A DNA stretch of 64,000 nucleotides from assembly GCA_951406725.2 (NCBI GenBank), contig OX597817.1, positions 100,192,001 to 100,256,000 on the forward strand, read 5' to 3'. A model generated the notes under the pieces. The model was given only the letters and a program-made list of their open reading frames with translations. It did not search any database and was not told the DNA's origin. Made by a program: the position numbers and the translations under genes. This DNA comes from Octopus vulgaris (lineage: Eukaryota). How positions within the stretch are numbered: the stretch's first letter is position 1; each line of letters starts with the position of its first letter. Shown here one piece after another: positions 26,198 to 37,019 of this stretch.

Positions 26198-27120
26198 GAC
26201 AAGTGAAGTAGCTGTCCAGGGTGGTGAACTGGCAGAATTGTTAGTACACTTGACACTGTCTTGCAATATTTGTTCTGGTTTTGTTGTTTTCAGAGTTCCT
26301 GTTGTGGCCTATTTAGAAGGTAGACATAATCCAATGTTCAGTTTAACACCACCCCTGATCCTTGGGTGCCTTTAGTAGAGTCCATTTTGTTGCAAGCATT
26401 AGGTCCATGTCTCTGGTCTGAGGATAGCTACAGCTCTCCCTTCCACAAGTTCCTGAAGCCTAGTATAAGGGCATGAACAGTGTTTTCCCTCCTGACTAGA
26501 TGTTAAATATATATTTATGTGCAATATATTTCATTTATATCCATATTCATATTCAACAAACAAAACAATAAATGAATAGATTAGAAGCACTGATACTATG
26601 GTAGTACAGAAACCATAAAGGGAACTGAAAATAAGTCAAAACAGATCTCCTTAGTTGTGGAAGAAGAACATATTTATCCAACAGTTTAGTTGTGTTCTAT
26701 TTAGTGATATTGTATGACTCCTTTATGGTGACATCTGTTTTTAGTGTCTATGGAGTAAACATTGTTCGATTTAAATCAACTGTATTCTAAGCTTGAATTT
26801 TCTTTTATTATTGATATTCTGGTTCACAAAATTTTACGACTTATATCTCATCTGGATTACTTTTAGCATGTAAGTAAACTAAAACGTATACTATAAACTT
26901 CTGCATCAGTTATGACTACAATTTACATACATTCACTAATATATCTTCTAAAAATCAAAAATCTTTGTAATAGATATTAGTTATGAAAATATAACCATTA
27001 AATTCATAATAATTGTTTGAAGCAAACCATGTATATTTTAAAGCTTCAGAATTGTTTTGAAATTAACTTATATTAGACTCATGGAAATATGATTCTTTTA
27101 TTTTACTTTTAATTTTTCAG

Positions 27121-27160
27121 AGAAATCAAGGCTCTACAACAGATAGAAGATAATCCCTAT
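27121..27160 (+). CDS. CDK20: CDK20 coding exon 3 (R-EIKALQQIEDNPY)
   Basis: TTTTTCAG acceptor, GTAAGT donor, phase-compatible with neighbours. Confidence 0.95.
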
Positions 27161-28575
27161 GTAAGTTAAATCTTGAAACTCCTACTTAGTTCATTATTCT
27201 TACAATATGGTAGAAAAGCAGATTCAAAGACAATAAGGATGTGAATACTCTATGAATTTAGAATTATGCAGAACATAAGAATAATGTTTATTTTCTTTCT
27301 TAAACATTGTTTATACATACAAATGTTATATCCTCATAAAGGAGACAGGCCATAGCACTCCATATGTATTACAAGATAAGGTTGTTAGATGGATGTATGT
27401 ATCTTTTCTACATTCATTTAGTTCTTTTTCATTTTTATATTATTTTTATGGTTTAAAGGAGTAAAAGCAGTGCCCATGAATTTTGTAAGGTCATATTATG
27501 ACTGGAAATTTGGTTTGAATCCTCACAACAGAATAGACTAAAGGTATTCAAGGGCTGAATGGCAGTGCTAAAGAAATTGAGCTAAGACTGTCTCCTTAAT
27601 ATATCTTCACTCTCTCAGAAATATTTTCATTTTCTGCTATGTGTTGTTTTACCAGTTATATAATGTATTAAATTTACCAATATTTACTGTTGCTAATCAG
27701 TTTTATTAGCACCACTGCCATCCTATATTGAACCATAAAGAAATGAGAGTTTTCTGATCTGTTACATTGCTTGATTGAGTGTTTTTTTGTGAACGATTAA
27801 TATTATTATAATAATGTATTTTAAAAATTTTTTTAAATTTCCTTTTTTAGCAAATTTCCCGAATATTAAGCATGTAGCCCAGCTCTGTTTAACATGTTGT
27901 GCATAGTAATCTATGTACTAATTACTATACTATAAATATAATTAAGTTACTCAGAAAATGAAATGCAATAGAAATATATTCATACACATATGTACAAAGA
28001 AACAATTTATCTTAGGTCAGGCACGGGCCACCTTTCTTGAAAAGTAGGCCACATGAAACATAACTCATCATCAGACAGGCTGTTTGCTAAAAAAATTCAA
28101 AGTAATTTTTCATTAGGCATGCCATTCAGAAAATCTCATGGGCCTCAGTATGCCCATGACTGTTTTAGATATTGATGGTTATAGTTGTTAGCAGTGCACA
28201 TTTCATTCAAATAGTAACTAAATATGTAAAGGGAATATTTCTTTTGTTTTCACTTGTTAAATCCTTTATTAACCTTGGGTCAGATATTCTCTCTGACTCA
28301 ATAATGGAATGATTGGGTAGAGATACACATTATATGTAGCCATGTTTAATAGTTGAATTAGAGGTATATGTAGTTAATGTCATTATTATAGTGCAGGATA
28401 GATATGAGATAACATTTAGATCTAAATTAATTTTTTTAATGTTAATGCATAGATAATTCATAAAACAGCTGACAACTGTAGTGAGTGGTAGTTAACTGTT
28501 TCCAGATATTTTCAGAACAGATTTGGCTTAGGTTTTAAAAAATTCATAAAGGTTATAGAAATTGGTATATTTCAG

Positions 28576-28764
28576 GTTGTCAGACTTTTAGATGTCTTTC
28601 CTCATGGTGCTGGATTTGTACTGGTTTTTGAATATATGCTGTCAGATCTGTGGGAAGTGATTCATGATTCTGAGCATCCTCTCACTGAGTCACAGCTCAA
28701 ATCCTACCTACTTATGCTACTCAAAGGTGTTGCATTTTGTCACAAGAACAATATCATGCATCGT
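28576..28764 (+). CDS. CDK20: CDK20 coding exon 4 (VVRLLDVFPHGAGFVLVFEYMLSDL...NNIMHR)
   Basis: TTTCAG acceptor, GTAAGT donor, 189 nt open frame. Confidence 0.97.
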
Positions 28765-29710
28765 GTAAGTTTATTTGTTTTATTTTACCTTTAATACAAT
28801 TTTTTAAAATTTCCAAACTATATTTCTGGAAAATAGATTAATTTAGTATATATAAATCACAGTAGGTGTATGTACAACGACCAGCACATACATTTCCACA
28901 ATTCTCAACTAATTTTCACCAAACTTTACACAAACATTACTTGTCCCAAGGATGGTCATGCACTATAATATATTACCCAGAGCTGCGTAAATGGATGTAA
29001 TTGTTTTGTATGTAGGGTCTTCCATACTTTTTTAATCTTTTTATAAAAGTGAAAGGATTTTGTCTATTTATTTATTTCGACTGTCCACCTGTGAGTGTGA
29101 TTAAATTGACCAGGCACACTGTACACAATGAATATCCAATACCAAACAATCTTAATCTCCATATTTAAACTGCAATAAACTTTGGCAAGCTTACCTTTAT
29201 TTATTCTGAGTTACTTGAAAGGTGATGTTCTCTTCCCTTCCTTCTATTTGTTGATAACTCTGTTTACCTATCAATGCGTTGTTTCACTTTAAGGATGCTT
29301 ATTTATCCATCCATTATGATATTTTTATTGTTGTCCATCGCTTCAAATATGTTTTAGCATTGTCATTCTAACCTTTTTTAAATAATCATATATGATTCAT
29401 CCCAAAGAATCAACCTTTAAATAAGAGTTTTGCTTCCACTAGCAAAAGCTTTACACATCTTTCAGAAAGCTCCATACCAATTTAGCTTTATGTAGCATTC
29501 GCTGTTAGTTTATGCGCAGGCTCTGTGGGAAGACAGAATAAAGGGACTTTTGTTAGCTTATCTCTCTGAAAAAATAGCTCCCTTTGCTGTTGAAAAAAAT
29601 AAGCTTGCAGAGGGGATGTTTCAACGTCTTCCTTCAATTTCATTACACCATTTATGTGGCTGTTTCTGACAAGAAAATTCGCTTTCATGTAAAACAACTA
29701 TATTTTGTAG

Positions 29711-30538
29711 TCATTCCACTGTAAGGGAGTGACATTTCTTCACACAGCTCTCCTCATCCATATGCAGCACATGACCATACCAGCTCCATCGTCTCTCTTG
29801 CACACCACATCTGATGCTTCTTATGTCCAACATTTCTCTCAGGGCGCTTACACTCTGTAGTGTGTGTACAATGATATTACACACCCAGCGGATCATACTA
29901 ACTTCATTTCTTTCAAGCCTACGCATGTCTTCAGCAGTCACAGCCCATGTTTCACTGCTGTGTAGCATGGCAGTTCGTACACATGCATCATACAATCTAC
30001 TTTTCACTCTGAGCAAGAGGCTCTTTGTTACCAGTAGAGGTAGGAGCTTTCTGAACTTTGCTCAGGCTATTCTTATTCTAGTGGCAACACTCTCACAGCA
30101 TCTGCCCCCACTATAGACTTGGTCACCTAGGTAGCGGAAGCTATCAACTACTTCTAGTTTCTCCCCCTGGCATGTGATAGAATCAGTTTTCTGAGCATCT
30201 GTGGTGTTTATTTCCCCTGTGCATCTGCTGCACAAAAAAGCTATCTTCCTGGTTAACCTTCCTTTGATGTTGCTGCACCTCTTATGCTTCCATAGCTCAC
30301 ACTGGGTACATCTTATGGTTTTTCTACCTACACCTTTCCTACAGATCGAGCAGGACCATCTACCTGAAGGGATTTGTGATGTGTTCGCCTTCCTACTTAC
30401 TAGGACTTTGGTTTTTGCAACATTGACTCTAAAGCCCTTCAATTCTAAACCTTGCTTCCACACCTGAAATTTCTTCTCTAGTTCTGGTAGTGATTCCACT
30501 ATGAGAACAAGGTCATCAGCATAGAGGAGCCCAGGGGC
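29711..30538 (-). mobile_element. RTE LINE internal fragment (YADD to near C-terminus)
   Basis: ORFs 29711-30016 and 30062-30499. Confidence 0.9.
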
Positions 30539-30559
30539 TTATATTTATAAATTAATATA

Positions 30560-30777
30560 AACAGCCTGGTGCAATGTAATACCATAAAGGAAAAATTCAA
30601 TGTCACACTAAGTGTGACTACGGGTGCCAAAGCACCTACATTGCTAGAAATAAGAGTTAAAATACTCTTAATATATTTGCATTCTTCTTTCCACATTAAG
30701 TGTATTTTAACATTATTTCTAACAATGTAGGTACTTCAGCACCCTTAGTCACACTTAGTGAGAATTGAATTTTTCCA
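30560..30777. repeat. Imperfect inverted repeat related to the hammerhead-bearing unit at 35515-35940
   Basis: GGAAAAATTCAAT...CACTAAGTGTGACTA...CCTACATTGCTAGAAATAA is mirrored by TTATTTCTAACAATGTAGG...TAGTCACACTTAGTG...ATTGAATTTTTCC. Confidence 0.7.
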
Positions 30778-30867
30778 AGATATATATATTGATCTTGCCA
30801 ATAAAAGGTTCAATATCACCTCATAAAATGATGAGGTTATGCAAGAATGTAAAATTACATAATATCA

Positions 30868-31104
30868 TGTCGGTGCTGCATTAATGCACATGTGCCGGTG
30901 TTGCATAAATGCACCCATGTTGGTGGCATATAAAAAGCACCTAGCACACTCAGCTAAGTGGTTGGTGTTAGGAAGGGCATCCAGTCATAGAAACCATGCC
31001 ACAGCAGAGTTGGAGTCTGGACAGCTCTCTGCTAGCTAGCTCCATGTCAAACTGTCATCTATCCCATGCCAGCAGGGAGAGTGGACATTAAATGATGATG
31101 ATGA
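30868..31104 (+). mobile_element. RTE 3' UTR fragment with (TGA)n tail
   Basis: GTTAGGAAGGGCATCCAG motif and tail. Confidence 0.75.
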
Positions 31105-32568
31105 TCATCATCATCATCGTTTAGCGTCCGTTTTCCATGCTAGCATGGGTTGGACGGTTCTACTGGGGTCTGTGAAGCCAGAAGGCTTCATCAGGCCCAG
31201 TCAAATCTGGCAGTGTTTCTACGGCTGGATGCCCTTCCTAACGCCAACCACTCCGTGAGTGTAGTGGGTGCTTTTTACGTGCCACCCGCACAGGTGCCAG
31301 ACAGAGCTGGCAAACGGCCATGAACGGATGGTGCTTTTTATGTGCCACCAGCACGGGGGCCAGGCGAGGCTGGCAACGGACACGAACGGATGGTGCTTTT
31401 TACGTGCCACCGGCACGAGGCCAGTCGGGGTGGCGCTGGTAACGGTCGCGAAACGGAAGGTTCTCTTACATGCAACCGGCACTGGTAACACATCTGCAAT
31501 TTCCATTGATCGATTTCGATTCTGATCCTCACTTGCCTCAACAGGTCTTCACAAGTAGAGTTTTGTGTCCCAAGAAGGGAAGGTATGCATACGTAGGCTG
31601 GCTCCATCCCATGTAGAAGGCCACGGGTTATGGACTCACTTGTCCTGCCGGGTCTTCTCGCGCACAGCACACTTCCAGAATTCTCAGTCTCTAGTCATTT
31701 CCTCAGTGAGACCTAAAGTTCGAAGGTCGTGCTTCACCACCTCGTCCCAGGTTTTCCTGGGTCTGCCTCTTCCGCAGGTTCCCTCAATCGCTAGGGTGTG
31801 GCACTTTTTCACACAACTATCTTCATCCATTCTCACCACATGACCATACCAGCGCAAACGTCTCTCTTGCATACCACAACTGATGCTTCTTAGGTCCAGC
31901 TTTTCTCTCAAGGTATTTACACTCTGCCGAGTATGAGCACTGACATTACACATCCATTGGAGCATACTGGCTTCATTTCTTGTGAGCTTACGCATATCCT
32001 CAGCAGTCACGGCCCATGTTTCACTGCCATGTAGCATGGCTGTTCATACACATGCATCATACAGTCTGCCTTTTACTCTGAGCGAGAGGCCTTTTGTCAC
32101 CAGCAGAGGTAAGAGCTCTCTGAACTTTGCCCAAGCTATTCTTACTCTAGCAGTTACACTTTCAGCACACCCGCCCCCGCTGCTGACTTGGTCACCTAGG
32201 TAACGGAAACTATCAACTATTTCTAGTTTTTCTCCCTGGAAAGTGACGGAAGTTGATCTCTGAGCATTTTCAGTGTTTATTATTCCTGAGCATCTGCCAC
32301 ATACAAAAACCATCTTCCCAATTAGCCTTCCTTTGACATTGCTGCACCTCTTATGTGTCCATAGCTTACACTTGGTGCATCTTATAGAGTTTCTACCTAC
32401 ACCTTTTCTACAGATTGAGCAGGGCCATCTACCTGAAGGCGTTTGTGATTTGTCTACCTTCCTACTGATTACGACTTTGGTTTTAGCTAGATTGACTCTG
32501 AGGCCCTTCGATTCTAATCCTTGTTTCCACACCTGAAACTTCTCCTCCAGTTCTGATAGCAACTCTCA
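31105..32568 (-). mobile_element. Young 5'-truncated RTE LINE with probable TSD GATGATGATGA
   Basis: ORFs 32044-32562 and 31684-32037, full 3' UTR; GATGATGATGA at 31094-31104 and 32569-32579. Confidence 0.92.
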
Positions 32569-34467
32569 GATGATGATGAGAATATATATATATAGGTGCA
32601 GGTGTGGGTGTGTGGTAAGAAGTTTATTTTCCAACCACTTGGTTCCAGGCTCAGTCATTCATTTATAACTTTGTCATTTTCATCAAACCAGTCTTGGTTT
32701 TTATGACATGAAAATCCAAGAACTTCTCTGGATGACTCACAAATAGTATCTCTAAGTTGACCCCATCATTCTAACATTACGTAACTTTTCATCAAGTGCT
32801 TGAACAAGAATATCCTTGTTATCTACTTTGAGCTTTGAAATATCAAGTCTCCGTATGATTTTTTTTACAATTTTACGTTATGGCTGGCTTTGGTCTCATT
32901 GTTATCTTACTAAAAACATAGCATGATCAGACCAGCAATGGAAAGAATGTGTTAATTTAATATCAATTCTATCTCAGCTTCAGACAATCACATAGTCAAT
33001 CAAGTGACCATGACCTGATCTAGAATGATACCTAATTACTTCGTTTTTATTGGACTGTTGAAAAAGTGTATTGGTGATAGAAGGTTCAGATTCACTGCTT
33101 AATGATAGTTGTATCAGTCCTTTTGAGTTAATTTTGCTAAGACCATGTTTACCAAAAATATTTGGTCAAGAAAGGTAATATGGTATTAAAATCTCCTAAA
33201 AGGAAAATTTTGTTTTGACTGGGAATTTGGTTCAAAAATATTTATAAATCAAAATAGAACTTATCTTTAGCTGCATCTGTAGAACTAAGTGTTGGTGCAT
33301 TCAGACATACTAGTGTAGCATAATTTTGTAGGCCAAATGGGATTCGCATTAACATTAGATAATCATTAAATCCATTTGGTAAGGATTCTAGTTTATGTAC
33401 AAATCATTACTAATAGTGAAACCCACACCAGATTTCCTTTTTTCTGCTTCAGATTTACCAATCCAGAAGAAAGTGCACTCTCCAACAACTTCATTCAGCT
33501 GACCAGAATTTAGTAGCCTTATCTCTGAAAGAGCAGCAATACTAACATTTTTACTTCTCAGAAACTGATCAAGAAGTGATGTTTTGCACTCAGGACACTT
33601 CTTGTGGTCCAGTGGTGTGTGTACATGTCAAGCTTCTATACTCATATCTATTTCTCTACCCTTTTTCTTTTGTTTTCTCATATTTTTCCAACTGTATGGT
33701 TGAAAGTTCAGCCATTCACAGTATAATGACAGGATTGTGTGAGCAAGCAATTTTTAGGACACCTTTTTTAGCCCCCTCCCCACACAAGTGAAAGCAGTGC
33801 CATCCTAAATAGGCTGCTTTGTAGTTAAGAAGAGGACATATCAGTTTCACAGAATGGTCATCTACTTCTTAGCACCATACATGAAAAGCTCAAGCTAGGG
33901 ACCTCCAGTGACTTTCCCCATCTGCCCCTGTTGCTATCACTGTAGGATTTGATTTGTTCTCATGTTGTCACTAAATGGCCTGCACCGTGAGTTTCTTTAA
34001 AGTGGAATTTGCTTGTGCTGCACAAAACACACTCTCTCCACCTAAAAAGCACATAACCTGTACTAGAGCACAGTGTGCCACTTGTCAAATGCAGACTTGG
34101 TCACAGATCAAGTAGTTATGGTATGGCTTGATCTACCAATTGGCTGAGGGTTTGTGGCTCAGCACATGCACAAACACACACATACAAAAAATATAAAATA
34201 TTAAAAATATAAATATAAAAAGGAATTGTGCTGTTGGTGATTGTTTTTTCCTTCTTTGAACTTTTCCTGTTTTCCTTTCTGACGGAGAGCTATGCTCAAA
34301 ACATCAAAAACTCTTTTTACTTAGCATCAAACTAATACATTCCATGTGCATGTCCTTTAGTTGTTTGGTTATTGTTATTTTTAATGTTCATTTATTCAAT
34401 TTGACTATATATATATATATATATATATAGACAGCTGTGTGCAATGTTTTACCAAAAAGGAAAACTA

Positions 34468-35512
34468 TTGGGTTGGCAAGAAAGTAATTTTGGTTTTTTA
34501 GTGTGAAATAAAAGTAATTTTTTTTCATTTTTTTTTCTTGCAAAGAATGAACTTTAATCAATTATATATTTTCCATTTTGCTCAATGACCTTTTGCCATC
34601 ATTCTGTCAACTTCATGATTCTGCAATCATCAAACTTCTGGTCCTTATTTGCCAATTCTAGGCATTTTTCTTTGACTGCTTCCTTCAGTTTCATTAGTTG
34701 TTGACAGTAAACATCTGAATTGATCCTTGGTTCCTTGGAAGCAACTCAAAATATACAACACCTTTGTAATCCCACCAAATCAACAGCATGACTTTTTTTT
34801 TATGCATTTCAGCTTTCAATGTGGTTTGTGCTGGTTCATTATGCTTGGACCATGATCGTTTTGGATTGATATTATTGTAGACAATCCAGTTTTCATAACC
34901 AGTGATAATTCATTTCAAAAACAAAAGGTTTAATTTCATTGCATTTGAGATGCATATTGAAAATATTGATTCATTGTGTTAAGTGAATCTCTTTCAATGT
35001 ATGTGGAACCCAGATATCGAGCTTCTTAATGACTCCAAGACATTTTAAGTGATTTTCAATTGTGTGTGATACATTTAACTTTTCTGCAATCTCTCACACA
35101 GTTATATGGCAAATCAGATTCAATTATAGCTTTGGTTTGGTCATCATCAACTTCAGCAGGTTAACCAGAAAGTTGGTTGTCTTTGAGTGAAAAATCTCTA
35201 GAAAGTAATTTTTTAAACCATTTCTAACACATGCATTCTGTTAAGCAATCAGCACCATAAGCTTCACATATCTCTATGTGAGTCTCAGCAGTTTTCTTGC
35301 CTTTACAGAAATAAAAAAAGCAAAATATAGTGAAGATGTTCGTTTTTGCACTCCATGTTAAAATTGACACTGAACTAACAGCTGTGAACTAAATTATGTG
35401 CAATTTGCTTCTAAAGTAAGTTAAAAGTAACAGCTATCAAATGTCAAAAGTCATCCAAAAAATCATAACTCCCCTATTTGTGAAAAACGAAATTGCTTTC
35501 TAGTGAACCCAA
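34468..35512 (-). mobile_element. Internally deleted mariner with both TIRs and TA TSD
   Basis: TA|TTGGGTTGGCAAGAAAGTAATTT ... AAATTGCTTTCTAGTGAACCCAA|TA; minus-strand DIWVPHTL and ITGYENWIVYNN motifs. Confidence 0.88.
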
Positions 35513-35662
35513 TATATTTGTCACTAAATATGACTAGGGTGTTAGAAACACTTACATTCCTAGAAATAAGAGCCAAAATTCTATAATGCTGTAGTCAAAG
35601 CACATAATTGTATACATACTTACTGAAGGTACTATAATTGCCTGAAAACACCAATCGAGAAT

Positions 35663-35715
35663 TCCTTATACTGACAGGTCAGTTTCAGCAATTTTCGTTG
35701 CCTCATCAGTAAGGA
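35663..35715 (-). ncRNA. Type I hammerhead ribozyme, essentially intact
   Basis: Minus strand UCCUUA-CUGAUGA-GGCAA-cgaaaa-UUGCU-GAAA-CUGA-ccug-UCAG-U-A-UAAGGA; perfect 6-bp stem I, full core, GUA cleavage triplet. Confidence 0.85.
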
Positions 35716-35986
35716 CTGGCTCAACTTTAACAGATTCCGGACTGAATTCTCTGTCAGTATATATGTTTTCACCATATAAAAATCTATGGATGATTTATTC
35801 AATCATTAATGTGTATACATAAAATTAATATAGACAGCCATATGCAATGTTTTACCGAAAAAGGAAACTATAATTGTCACTAAATATGACTAGGGTATTA
35901 GATACACCTACATTGCTGGAAATATGAGCTAAAATGCTCTAGGAGTTAAATAATTCGAAACAGGTTTATTATTAGCTATTTTACTG

Positions 35987-36782
35987 AATTACTATTTTTA
36001 AATCTCATAATGAGAGATATTCAGCAAAAGTACTTTGTAGTAAAGATCATTTGCCAACATAACACAGCAGTCCTGGTTTAGGACAAATGTTGCTGTAATT
36101 TAGCCTCAGAAAACATTGTCTTCAGCTGGCTGTATGACACAATGTGTCTTTATATTTTCGAACAAGGGAATCTAGCACCCCCACTCAGCTCAGCTCAAAA
36201 CAATATCTGTGTATCACGATTTCTGGATTATTTCTTTTCATTAGCACAATAATTGTCCGGCTAGAGGTGGCGCTGCCAAATTCCTGTTTGAAATATATTG
36301 TTTTCAAAGTGACAACTAGTCACTGATCTATAAATTAGAAAATTACTATTTTTAAATCTCACAAAATATAAGGACATAGATCGTGTTGTATAGCCAGCTG
36401 GAGACAATGTTTCCTGGGGGTAAATTACAGCAACATTTATCCTAACCCAGGACTGCCGTGCCATGTTGGCAAACAATCTTTACTACAAAATACTGTTGCT
36501 GAATATCTCTCATTGTGAGATTTAAAAATAGTAATTTTCTAATTTATAGATCAATGACTAGTTGTCACTTTGAAAACTATATATTTCAAATGGGAATTTG
36601 GCAGCGCCACCTCTAGCCGAACAATTATTCTGTGCTGATGAAGGGCAATAACCTGGAAATTACAATACACAGATATTGTTTTGAGCCGAGTTGGGGTGCT
36701 AGATTCCCTTGTTCAAAAATATAAGGACACAGATCATGTCATACAGCCAGCTGGAAACAATGTCTCCTGGGGCTAAATTACA
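35987..36782. mobile_element. Second ~354-bp tandem unit, present as >1 copy in each orientation, each orientation with a decayed minimal hammerhead
   Basis: AATTACTATTTTTAAATCTCA at 35987 and 36341; 36362-36782 is a permuted reverse complement of the unit; hammerhead motifs at 36629-36673(+) and 36206-36249(-). Confidence 0.8.
36629..36673 (+). ncRNA. Minimal type I hammerhead motif (decayed), sense to CDK20 pre-mRNA
   Basis: UCUGUG-CUGAUGA-AGGgcaauaaCCU-G-GAAA-U-uaca-A-U-A-CACAGA; sister copy has GAAAUCGUGAUA, suggesting an ancestral palindromic UCGCGA stem III. Confidence 0.65.
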
Positions 36783-36897
36783 TCTGTTTATTCAAAATTC
36801 TTTATTTAATTCAAAAGGTAAGCACAACCATTACAATCAACTCATTATAAGGATATTCTTTTTTTAACTTACAGAAAATAAACTTCATTTCTTGCAG

Positions 36898-37019
36898 GAT
36901 TTGAAACCTGCTAATTTATTAATAAGTTCCACTGGACATTTGAAAATTGCTGATTTTGGTCTAGCCAGAGTTTTCCAGAACAGTAATAACTGCGAGTACA
37001 GTCACCAAGTGGCTACAAG
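36898..37019 (+). CDS. CDK20: CDK20 coding exon 5 ([41 protein letters not shown])
   Basis: TTGCAG acceptor, catalytic loop and DFG, donor AG|GTAAG. Confidence 0.97.

Larger units (their letters stand above)
34430..35940 (-). mobile_element. ~1.3 tandem copies of a 356-bp hammerhead-containing unit, first copy split by the mariner
   Basis: GACAGC...GCAATGTTTTACC...AACTA|TA.TTGTCACTAAATATGACTAGGGT occurs at 34430-34467 + 35515-35584 and again at 35833-35940; equivalent TA at 35513 and 35869. Confidence 0.75.

Noticed and set aside
36997-37008. Ser instead of Thr in the CDK20 T-loop (YSHQ)
   Set aside because: Conservative phospho-acceptor change that I recall occurs in other CDK20 orthologs; not notable.
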